Assembly: GCA_024398405.1 (NCBI GenBank)
Contig: JAKSJE010000002.1
Span: 2,474-66,473 of the forward strand
Direction: 5' to 3'
From: Bacteroidaceae bacterium
Lineage (GTDB): Bacteria; Bacteroidota; Bacteroidia; Bacteroidales; Bacteroidaceae
DNA length: 64,000 nt
Shown here: in pieces, positions 55,149 to 63,347 of the stretch
How positions within the stretch are numbered: position 1 is the first letter of the stretch
Layout: the number at the start of each line of letters is the position of its first letter
Notes under the pieces: generated by a model
Told to the model about the DNA's origin: nothing
Seen by the model: only the letters and a program-made list of their open reading frames with translations
Databases searched by the model: none
Made by a program: the position numbers and the translations under genes

Positions 55149-56140
55149 TGAATGCCATACAAATCACAAAACCTTTTGATATGGGAACCACCGTGCTCCC
55201 ATACCCTGAGGTGCAATCGGGAGAGATACTGCTAAGAACGAGATATGTTGGTTTCTGCGGCAGTGACCTCAACACATTCCGTGGAGGCAACTCCATGGTT
55301 ACCTACCCACGCATTCCGGGTCATGAGATAGGGGCTGTCATTGAGGACATCGGAGAGAATGTCCCGGATAGTTTCCTCAAAGGCCAGATCGTGACCGTCA
55401 ATCCCTACACGAACTGTGGGCACTGTGCGTCATGCAGGAACGGCCGCGTGAACGCCTGCGAGAACAATGAGACACTCGGAGTGCAGCGTGACGGTGCGAT
55501 GTGCGAGTTCATCTCGCTCCCATGGCAGAAAGTCATACCTGCTGACTCCGTCTCATGCAGGGCTGCCGCCTTGGTAGAGCCCCTGAGCGTGGGATTCCAT
55601 GCCGTTGACAGGGGAGGTGTGACGGACTCAGACATAGTCATGGTCATCGGTTGCGGCATGGTAGGTCTTGGCTCAGTGATAAGGAGCGTCGCACGTGGCG
55701 CAACAGTGATTGCAGCCGACGTGGATGACGAGAAACTGTCAGTGGCGAAGGAGCTTGGCGCTAACCACACATACAACACCCTGAAAGAATGGGGTTCGCT
55801 TCCTGACCCTGATGTGGTTATCGAGGCGGTAGGCGCCACCCCCACCTACCAGTTGGCAATCAACAAGGTAGCATTCACAGGGAGGGTCGTATGTATAGGT
55901 TACGCCAAGAGCGACATCGCACTGACCACCTCGCTCATCGTCAAGAAGGAGTTGGACATCCGCGGTTCACGTAACGCCAACCCAAAAGACTTCGAAGCCG
56001 CCATCAAGTATGTGGAGAAGCATCCTGACATGATAGACCGATTCGTATCCGCCGAGACGACACCCGAGCATGCACTCGAAGCCATGAGGCAATGGCATGA
56101 CAATCCAGGCAAGGTGTTTAGAATACTTGTGAGGTTCTGA
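55148..56140 (+). CDS. zinc-dependent MDR alcohol dehydrogenase; candidate L-galactonate 5-dehydrogenase
   Basis: 330-aa ORF with GFCGSDL, PGHEIGAVIE and the structural zinc motif CGHCASCRNGRVNAC. The nucleotide-binding motif is VIGCGMVGLG. Its start overlaps the upstream stop (TAATG). Confidence 0.75.
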   Translation: MNAIQITKPFDMGTTVLPYPEVQSGEILLRTRYVGFCGSDLNTFRGGNSMVTYPRIPGHEIGAVIEDIGENVPDSFLKGQIVTVNPYTNCGHCASCRNGRVNACENNETLGVQRDGAMCEFISLPWQKVIPADSVSCRAAALVEPLSVGFHAVDRGGVTDSDIVMVIGCGMVGLGSVIRSVARGATVIAADVDDEKLSVAKELGANHTYNTLKEWGSLPDPDVVIEAVGATPTYQLAINKVAFTGRVVCIGYAKSDIALTTSLIVKKELDIRGSRNANPKDFEAAIKYVEKHPDMIDRFVSAETTPEHALEAMRQWHDNPGKVFRILVRF

Positions 56141-56156
56141 GGAAACACAACCTATA

Positions 56157-56180
56157 GGTGGGTTCTATAAATTCACCGAA
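56157..56180 (+). promoter_or_regulatory. 24-nt motif GGTGGGTTCTATAAATTCACCGAA shared (23/24) with the uxaB leader; partial second copy TGGGTTCTATAAA at 56201-56213
   Basis: Direct comparison with 36539-36562. Both copies are preceded by CCTATA. It lies in the 82-nt gap between the Zn-ADH stop and the fucP ATG. Confidence 0.6.
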
Positions 56181-56222
56181 TAATACAAATTTATCAAACA
56201 TGGGTTCTATAAACAATAAGTT

Positions 56223-57569
56223 ATGAACAAGACAATCGACAAGAAGTACCTTATCCCCTTCATTCTGATTACCGCATGTTTTGCGTTGTGGGGATTTGCG
56301 AATGACATTACCAATCCGATGGTGAAGGCCTTTTCCAAAATTTTCCGAATGAGCGTGACCGAAGGGTCATTGGTTCAGTTGGCTTTCTATGGAGGCTATT
56401 TCGCGATGGCTTTTCCTGCCGCCATCTTCATCCGTAAGTATTCCTATCGGGCAGGCGTACTCGTGGGGCTTGGACTGTATGCCTTCGGCGCATTGCTTTT
56501 CTGGCCCGCCAAGGAGATAGGAATCTATGCTTTTTTCCTTGTCGCCTATTTCATCCTGACCTGTGGGCTCTCGTTCCTCGAGACGAGTTGTAATCCATAC
56601 ATCATCGCTATGGGAGATGAGGAAAGTGGCACACGCCGACTTAATTTCGCCCAGTGCTTCAATCCGTGCGGCTCCATCATAGGTATGTTCGTGGCCATGA
56701 ACTTCATCCAGGCGAAGCTCAGTCCGATGACCACTGAGGAGCGCGCCCTCCTTGACGACTCACAGTTCGAGGCGCTGAAGCAGTCAGACCTCAGTGTGCT
56801 GGTCACACCTTATTTGTTAATAGCGGTGGCTATTGCCGTGATAGTGGTGCTTATATGCATCGTCAGAATGCCTAATAAAGGAGAGGAAAACCATGACATC
56901 CGTTTCCTTGAGACACTTGGTCGCATTTTCTCGCTCAAATACTACCGTGAGGGTGTGATAGCACAGTTCTTCTATGTAGGAGCGCAGATTATGTGCTGGA
57001 CTTTCATCATCCAGTACGGCACGCCAGTGCTTCAGGGACAGGTGCCCAACGAGTTTGAGCAATGGCTTCTGTCCATCCTCCACTACGATACGCCCGCCGT
57101 CCTCGATGAACGTGCGGCCGAAGTGCTGTCCCAGGGTTACAACATTCTTGCGATGGCTTTCTTCATCGTAAGCCGTTTCATCTGTACGTACCTCATGAAG
57201 TTCCTCAATCCAGGCTTGATGCTCACGCTTTTCGGTTCGATAGCAATGGTGCTTATATGTGGTGTGATCTTCTTCCAGGGAAGGTCTGGTGTCTATTGCC
57301 TTGTTGGTGTCAGCGGATGTATGAGCCTTATGTTCCCGACAATATACGGCATAGCCCTGAAGGGGCTGGGCGATGACGCCAAGTTCGGAGCAGCAGGTCT
57401 CATCATGGCCATCCTCGGAGGGTCTGTACTCCCACCCGCTCAGGCCGCAATCATAGACATGAAGGAGATATCGGGTTTCCCTGCAGTGAATCTTTCCTTC
57501 TTTCTTCCGTTCATCTGTTTCGTCGTAGTGGCGACCTACGGCTGGCGGATGGCAAAGGCAAGGCGCTGA
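56223..57569 (+). CDS. fucP: L-fucose:H+ symporter-family MFS permease (probable L-galactose/L-fucose transporter)
   Basis: 448-aa ORF with 12 predicted TM segments. The FucP-type N-terminus is ..FALWGFANDITNPMVKAF. Confidence 0.8.
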   Translation: MNKTIDKKYLIPFILITACFALWGFANDITNPMVKAFSKIFRMSVTEGSLVQLAFYGGYFAMAFPAAIFIRKYSYRAGVLVGLGLYAFGALLFWPAKEIGIYAFFLVAYFILTCGLSFLETSCNPYIIAMGDEESGTRRLNFAQCFNPCGSIIGMFVAMNFIQAKLSPMTTEERALLDDSQFEALKQSDLSVLVTPYLLIAVAIAVIVVLICIVRMPNKGEENHDIRFLETLGRIFSLKYYREGVIAQFFYVGAQIMCWTFIIQYGTPVLQGQVPNEFEQWLLSILHYDTPAVLDERAAEVLSQGYNILAMAFFIVSRFICTYLMKFLNPGLMLTLFGSIAMVLICGVIFFQGRSGVYCLVGVSGCMSLMFPTIYGIALKGLGDDAKFGAAGLIMAILGGSVLPPAQAAIIDMKEISGFPAVNLSFFLPFICFVVVATYGWRMAKARR

Positions 57570-59401
57570 CCCGGCTCAGGAGGTTGGTTGTAGGCAACGT
57601 TCTCACTCGCGATGCTGAGACGATATGGAATATCCTGCATGAGAGTCGGCATGCTGTATGCAGTCGGCATGGTGGTAGTGTAAATTCGCAGTTCGTTGTT
57701 GGAACGTGTACGCACTATCACCTCCTCTCTCCAGTCTCCCAGAATATCACCAGATAGACAAGGGTTGCTCTTGCTACCGTTGTTGAAGACACAGTCACGT
57801 GTGAAGTCCATAAGGATCTCACACGTGTTTCGTTCCCAACGGAACTTGCTGACACGTCCTCCGTCAAGAAGCTCACGCAAGGAGTCACCGTCCCACCATA
57901 CTGCTGAGTTGACGGACACCCTGCCTTGATTGTTTGTCAGTCCGCCTTTCACGTTACGGATTCCGCCACTTGCAGATGACCATAATTCAGTTCCGGGACT
58001 GGTTGGGTCAATGTCAGCGGCCATTCCCCTGCCGACATCATCGTGTGCCGGGATGGAGAACAGTACCTCGCCGGTCGCCGCATCATGAAGTTCGGAACAA
58101 GGATGTCCCTCGTGAACATTCCATATGTACAGTCTGTCAGACTCTGGTAGGAAAGTTCCCAGATGCATTGCATCGCCATGACCTAAATGTGTGTTATAGA
58201 GCATGCTGCCATCGTGGTCAACACACATGGCACCATAGAGTATCTCGTCTTTTCCGTCACCATCCACGTCAGCGACACGGATGTTATGGAATCCCTGACC
58301 TGCACCATTGTGCTCTGGCTGCATGTCACTGTCGAAAATCCATCGACGGCAGAGGGATTCACCATCCCAGTCCCATGCGACGAGCACACTCCTGGTGTAA
58401 TAGCCTCTGCACATGACGACACTTGGCCGCATTCCGTCAAGATAGGCGACACACGCAAGATATCTGTCGCTTCTGTTTGCCCTGTTGTCGCCCCAGTCCA
58501 TCATGTTTCCCCTTTCCGGCTGATATGCTACGGTCTGCAGTTCTTCTCCTGTCTCACCTCTGAAAACGCTGAGATATTCCGGTCCACTCAGGATTCGTCC
58601 GTTTCCCGCTCTGTGATCGGCAGATGGGTCACCGATGACTTTCCCATTTCCATCAGTAGTGCCATCACCTGTCTTCATCACCACTTCCGCCTTACCATCG
58701 CAGTCCAGATCATAGACCATGAACTGAGTATAGTGGGCACCAGCGCGGATATTCTTTCCCAAATCAATCCGCCAGAGTTTCTGCCCATCAATGGTGTAAC
58801 AATCAAAGAGCACACTGCCCGTATATCCGTCATGAGCATTGTCTTTTGCATTCGAAGGTTCCCATTTCAGTATAATCTCATATTCCCCATCACCATTGAC
58901 ATCACCTACGGAACAGTCATTCGCATTGTAATAGAATGACCTGCCGTCGGGCGTGACACCAGGTGCGGGTTGGTCAAGTGGAATGCGAATGTACTCATTC
59001 AAGACATTGTCGCTGAGACGGAAGACTCCACGATCCGTTTTGCTCTCACACCCATTGACAACGGTCTTGACCTCAAATGTCGGATGTCCCTCTCCCCGTC
59101 TTGCGACTTTCAAGAAAGTCGGACCGACGATGGGTCTATCGTTAATCCTCTTTCCGTCTTCGTAGAGATTGAATGCCGTATTCCGGTCATCTTCCCTGAG
59201 CAGTCTCCATGACACGGCAACGGAGTCGCCTGTTTTCGTAGGAACGGCAATCAAACCACGTCCCAGTTTCTCCATGTGGATTTTCGAGAAATCATATCGG
59301 GGTTGTGCTGGCAGGGCAGCAATCAGAAGAAAAAAAGAGAAGAACACGATTCCTCTCTTGATTAACTCCGCATATCCGGAAATACGTACAATATGGTTCA
59401 T
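57536..59401 (-). CDS. PL11 rhamnogalacturonan lyase (YesW/YesX-like beta-propeller)
   Basis: 621-aa ORF. The segment DVNGDGEYEIILKWEPSNAKDNAHDGYTGSVLFDCYTIDGQKLWRIDLGKNIRAGAHYTQFMVYDLDCDGKAEV closely follows the PL11 signature. It overlaps the convergent fucP by 34 nt. Confidence 0.85.
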   Translation of the reverse strand: MNHIVRISGYAELIKRGIVFFSFFLLIAALPAQPRYDFSKIHMEKLGRGLIAVPTKTGDSVAVSWRLLREDDRNTAFNLYEDGKRINDRPIVGPTFLKVARRGEGHPTFEVKTVVNGCESKTDRGVFRLSDNVLNEYIRIPLDQPAPGVTPDGRSFYYNANDCSVGDVNGDGEYEIILKWEPSNAKDNAHDGYTGSVLFDCYTIDGQKLWRIDLGKNIRAGAHYTQFMVYDLDCDGKAEVVMKTGDGTTDGNGKVIGDPSADHRAGNGRILSGPEYLSVFRGETGEELQTVAYQPERGNMMDWGDNRANRSDRYLACVAYLDGMRPSVVMCRGYYTRSVLVAWDWDGESLCRRWIFDSDMQPEHNGAGQGFHNIRVADVDGDGKDEILYGAMCVDHDGSMLYNTHLGHGDAMHLGTFLPESDRLYIWNVHEGHPCSELHDAATGEVLFSIPAHDDVGRGMAADIDPTSPGTELWSSASGGIRNVKGGLTNNQGRVSVNSAVWWDGDSLRELLDGGRVSKFRWERNTCEILMDFTRDCVFNNGSKSNPCLSGDILGDWREEVIVRTRSNNELRIYTTTMPTAYSMPTLMQDIPYRLSIASENVAYNQPPEPGQRLAFAIRQP

Positions 59402-59403
59402 AA

Positions 59404-59898
59404 TCAGAATTGCCTACTGAACACACCAGCGACAATCAAATCCGGTGACGAAAAAGCATACAATAGACTCAGCCTGACTGAGAAAGCGTCAAGGCTGTCA
59501 ACAGGCAGTGGCGCAGGAGTCTTAGCCACCTGGATATGTCGAAGCAGTACATCTCTTGTCGCACCGTCAATCCTTGTCTTATAGGTGCTGTTCGCCTGCT
59601 CGACTGCTTTAGCCACAGCATAAGGGATGGAGTTGACATCAACCTTGGCGTACTCCTTGAACAGAATGCTCGGCACTCCTGAGTAGTGTTTGCTCAGCAA
59701 ACCCATCTCCTGAAGCGCTGTGTCGATAGCACAGATGAAAACAGAGTCTGCTGGATCGCTGAGGTAAATGCTGTCCATTCTTGCACCGAAATCAACTGTA
59801 GCATCCGCACTGTTGCCGTCATCATCAATACACGAAATGAAACTGATGATACTGATAGACAGCATGGCTATAAATCTGAAGGACTTTTTCATTTGCAT
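59404..59898 (-). CDS. small lipoprotein of unknown function
   Basis: 164-aa ORF with signal MQMKKSFRFIAMLSISIISFISC (lipobox). Its stop lies 2 nt before the PL11 start. Confidence 0.7.
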   Translation of the reverse strand: MQMKKSFRFIAMLSISIISFISCIDDDGNSADATVDFGARMDSIYLSDPADSVFICAIDTALQEMGLLSKHYSGVPSILFKEYAKVDVNSIPYAVAKAVEQANSTYKTRIDGATRDVLLRHIQVAKTPAPLPVDSLDAFSVRLSLLYAFSSPDLIVAGVFSRQF

Positions 59899-59914
59899 CC
59901 GTATTTTTACGTTG

Positions 59915-59922
59915 CAAAGTTA
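59915..59922 (-). promoter_or_regulatory. -7 box (TAACTTTG) for the lipoprotein-PL11 unit
   Basis: The minus strand matches TAnnTTTG, 17 nt upstream of the ATG at 59898. Confidence 0.45.
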
Positions 59923-60217
59923 AATAAATACTTTTGAACACACAAATCATATAGTGAAAATCACCACAAAAAAAGTTAAAAAACGGAGGTGATGGGGCTA
60001 TCTGCCACTGGATACACTCGATTTTTTTTGTTTTTCCCGATATGTTTGACTAATTTTGCGACATGAATCAAAAGCGAAAGTATATAAGTCCGATGATTTG
60101 TAATGAACTATTAAATTGTTCGCAGATTATCTCCTCAAGCCCGTCTGTCGATGACACACCGAGAATCGACGGTGACTCATCAGAAGGAGGAGCTGGTCTC
60201 GTTAGCAGCAGAGAAGG

Positions 60218-62788
60218 ATGGGACGACTTATGGTAAGGAATAACTATGTTATATGTGTGGTAGTGACAATGCTGCTTGCGTTTGTCCCCTACACTCTCCA
60301 AGCTCAGACTATATCTCAGAATGACGCAGCTGACAAAGCATTGTCGTTCTTCAATTCCATGTTGCGCAGTCAAGGAAGAAAGATGGCAGTGAAGCAGAAT
60401 CTCACACTATCCCATACGGCGAGAAAAAATCAAGAGACGTATTTCTACGTATTCAATAAGGAAGACGGTGGTTGGGTGATAGTTGGTGGCGACGAGGTAT
60501 GTCAGGGGATTCTCGCTTATTCGGGGTCAGGTTCGTTCAGTTATGACGACCTTCCCGCAAACGTCGTCAACTGGCTCAATGGCTATGAAAAGGAAATATC
60601 ACATTCCATTGCCGCCACGACCTCAGCCAATGGCAGCCGTAACGTCAGGAAATCAGCTCACGCCTCGGCAATCGGAGGTCAAGATGTCAATCCGATGATA
60701 AAGACAGCATGGGACCAAACCGCACCATACTGGAACATGACTCCAAAGAAGGACGGAGAGCATTGTCTTACGGGTTGTGTCGCTACGGCTATGGCACAAG
60801 TCATGAATTACTGGCAATGGCCTGAGGTAGGTGTCGGGAGTAAGTCGTACTACGACTGGGATGCTGAATATCAATACGGTTGTAAGCAGACCGTATCATC
60901 CAAATTCTTTAGCCACCATTATGACTGGGTTAATATGAAAGACAGGTACGGGAGTTCGGGAAGTACAAACGAACAGCAAGCCGCCGTAGCGCAATTGATG
61001 TATGACTGCGGAGTCGCTGTCAGCATGAACTATGGAACGAGTTCTGAAGGAGGTTCGGCTGCATGGACTGAAGATGTCGAAACCGCATTGATTGACTATT
61101 TCTCATATGACCCTCAGACCGTGAAGTATGTGTCCTTGTATGATTACTCCAATCGCAAAAAACACACTGATGAGGAATGGGCTCGCATGATGTACAAGGA
61201 GGTGTCCGAGTTACGACCTGTAATAATGGGTGCGAATGATAGCAACGTCAAGTATGGTCATGAATTCATAATTGACGGCTATGCGTATCGGGATGGGAAA
61301 GACTATTTTCACTTCAATTTCGGTTGGTCTGGAGATTACGACGCATTCTGGACTCTCACGTCCGTGCAGACGGGCTCTGGTAACAATATATACAAATGGA
61401 CCATGTATCAGGATGCAGTCATCGGAATTCAGCCTAAAGAATCAAAGATATATACGGTCACGCTGGCTGATGACGGCTCTGAACTGCGACCGTCCTTTGC
61501 TGGCGGCTCCGTCAGTCTGCCGAACCGCTCGCTTCCTGGTTACACGTTTGAAGGATGGAATGCCGACTTGATGGGAATTGACGAACCCACCACAGACAAA
61601 CCATCCATTCTCCCTGTCAGTTATGTCCCTAATCGTGATGTGGAACTATACCCAATCTTTTCCTATGTGAAAAACGGCAATGTCGGAGGCAACTTGACAG
61701 AAGTCTTCAGCGAGGACTTTGCCGACACCGAGAGTTTCGGCAACAATACGACGACAACTGGCAGCAGCACGACTTGGAACGGCAATGACAACTTCGCCAT
61801 AGTGACCGCAGGTTATAAAGCAGGAGGTGCGTTACGTCTTGGGGCAAGTAAGAAAATCGGCTCAGTAACCACGAGATCCATCGGAGTCCCACCAGGCGCA
61901 AAACTGACAGTGTCGGTTGATGTGAAAGGCTGGACCACAGTAGAGGGGAGACTCTGCATCGGCGTCACAGACTGTGAAGAACAGGTGTTATCATATTCCG
62001 AGACGATGAGCGGCAGATTCGAGACCTTGACCGCCACATTCGTCACAACCACTGCCAATCCTCAGGTGACGATATCCACGACCAGTAAGCGGGCATTCAT
62101 TGACAATATCGTTGTTACTACCGGCTCAGGAACACCAGACAAGACGTTTTACTGTTCTTACCTCACCATGTCGAACGCACGTTTGGAGGTAACACCTGCC
62201 AAATGGGCTACATTCTACGCACCGGATGACGTGGAGCTTGAGGCAGGGACTTATGCCTACGCAGTCACAAGTGGCGGAACTGATATTCAGAGAGTGCTGG
62301 TTGCCTATGGTGATGCACCTACCCAGTACGAACGTACAATTCCAGCCCATACTCCTGTGATTGTGTACAAGGATGTAACTGATACTTACACTAAGAATTA
62401 CGATACGTTCTTCTCCGTTACGCCATCAGCGGTTGATGGCAATTGCCTCGTTGGCACATTGGTTGATATTCCGCGCGTCAAACCAACCACAGACAACCGT
62501 ACAAACTACGTACTCCAACTCAATCCACAGAACAGACCCGCATGGTTTTCGGTTGTCTATGATGACAAGGCCGGGAAATACAATACCCTGGCAGCCAACC
62601 ACGCATATCTCAGCGTCCTGCCCGATTTGTCTGTCAAGGATATATTCTCAGAAGTGGTCACAGAGATTATTACTGAAAAGCAAGAATCAGATATCAAGAG
62701 ACTGTCACACAATTTGCAAGGACAAACCATAAATGACACATATAAAGGTATCATCATCAGGAATAGGCAAAAGATTCTGCAAAAATAG
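60218..62788 (+). CDS. C10-family (streptopain/interpain-like) cysteine peptidase with C-terminal extension and T9SS CTD
   Basis: 856-aa ORF with a Spi-like prodomain. The catalytic Cys context is WDQTAPYWNMTP..LTGCVATAMAQVMNYWQWPE. The His context is GHEFIIDGY. A Listeria-Bacteroides-type repeat (GYTFEGWN) is present. The C-terminus is ..NLQGQTINDTYKGIIIRNRQKILQK. Confidence 0.85.
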   Translation: MGRLMVRNNYVICVVVTMLLAFVPYTLQAQTISQNDAADKALSFFNSMLRSQGRKMAVKQNLTLSHTARKNQETYFYVFNKEDGGWVIVGGDEVCQGILAYSGSGSFSYDDLPANVVNWLNGYEKEISHSIAATTSANGSRNVRKSAHASAIGGQDVNPMIKTAWDQTAPYWNMTPKKDGEHCLTGCVATAMAQVMNYWQWPEVGVGSKSYYDWDAEYQYGCKQTVSSKFFSHHYDWVNMKDRYGSSGSTNEQQAAVAQLMYDCGVAVSMNYGTSSEGGSAAWTEDVETALIDYFSYDPQTVKYVSLYDYSNRKKHTDEEWARMMYKEVSELRPVIMGANDSNVKYGHEFIIDGYAYRDGKDYFHFNFGWSGDYDAFWTLTSVQTGSGNNIYKWTMYQDAVIGIQPKESKIYTVTLADDGSELRPSFAGGSVSLPNRSLPGYTFEGWNADLMGIDEPTTDKPSILPVSYVPNRDVELYPIFSYVKNGNVGGNLTEVFSEDFADTESFGNNTTTTGSSTTWNGNDNFAIVTAGYKAGGALRLGASKKIGSVTTRSIGVPPGAKLTVSVDVKGWTTVEGRLCIGVTDCEEQVLSYSETMSGRFETLTATFVTTTANPQVTISTTSKRAFIDNIVVTTGSGTPDKTFYCSYLTMSNARLEVTPAKWATFYAPDDVELEAGTYAYAVTSGGTDIQRVLVAYGDAPTQYERTIPAHTPVIVYKDVTDTYTKNYDTFFSVTPSAVDGNCLVGTLVDIPRVKPTTDNRTNYVLQLNPQNRPAWFSVVYDDKAGKYNTLAANHAYLSVLPDLSVKDIFSEVVTEIITEKQESDIKRLSHNLQGQTINDTYKGIIIRNRQKILQK

Positions 62789-62815
62789 ACAATAAAAACA
62801 ACAAAATCCAAAAAA

Positions 62816-62850
62816 ATCACATGCAAATACTTTGTATGTGATTTTTTTTT
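62816..62850 (+). terminator. rho-independent terminator after the peptidase gene (A-tract/stem/T-tract, potentially bidirectional)
   Basis: ATCACAT-13 nt loop-ATGTGAT, flanked by A7 and T9. Confidence 0.6.
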
Positions 62851-62926
62851 ACTACCTTTGCACTCGCTTTTCAGAAAGAGACAGGTCAAAACCTCCTCTC
62901 GTTATAATCTGCCAAGCCATTAGGTG

Positions 62927-62999
62927 GACTCGCTAGCTCAGTAGGTAGAGCATCACACTTTTAATGTGGGGGTCTTGGGTTCGAGCCCCAAGCGGGTCA
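62927..62999 (+). tRNA. tRNA-Lys (anticodon UUU)
   Basis: Folded by hand. The acceptor stem is GACTCGC/GCGGGTC (one G-U pair). The D arm is GCTC-AGTAGGTA-GAGC. The anticodon arm is TCACA-CTTTTAA-TGTGG, reading anticodon TTT. The T arm is TTGGG-TTCGAGC-CCCAA. A TACCTTTG -7 box lies at 62853-62860. Confidence 0.9.
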
Positions 63000-63216
63000 C
63001 AAATGACATCCAAACGGGTCACAAAAAAAATCGGGCAAACCGAAAGAATAATTCCTCGACAAGCCATCGGGGAATTTTCTATTCAAAGTAGAAAATACTT
63101 CATCTTCAACAACTTACGCGCCTTTTTTGTCAATCGCCAGCAGTTAAATTTAATGTTGAACCTGCGGGTGACCAGATGTTGTATGGATTAGGCATTTTGG
63201 ACATGTTTGGACATTT

Positions 63217-63307
63217 GTGCTACCACTTGTGCTACCAAATCGCCCCAAAAGTGTGCTACCACTTACTACAAAAGTGTGCTACCACTTACTACAAAAGTGT
63301 GCTACCA
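63217..63307 (+). repeat. five copies of GTGCTACCA, the last three within a 23-bp tandem repeat; candidate integrase arm-type sites
   Basis: Copies are at 63217, 63229, 63253, 63276 and 63299. TTTGGACAT x2 lies just upstream (63196-63214). The array is located between the tRNA and the integrase ATG. Confidence 0.7.
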
Positions 63308-63347
63308 GTCCAAAAACATCTGCTCTTCGCAAAAAAAATGTGAAAAG

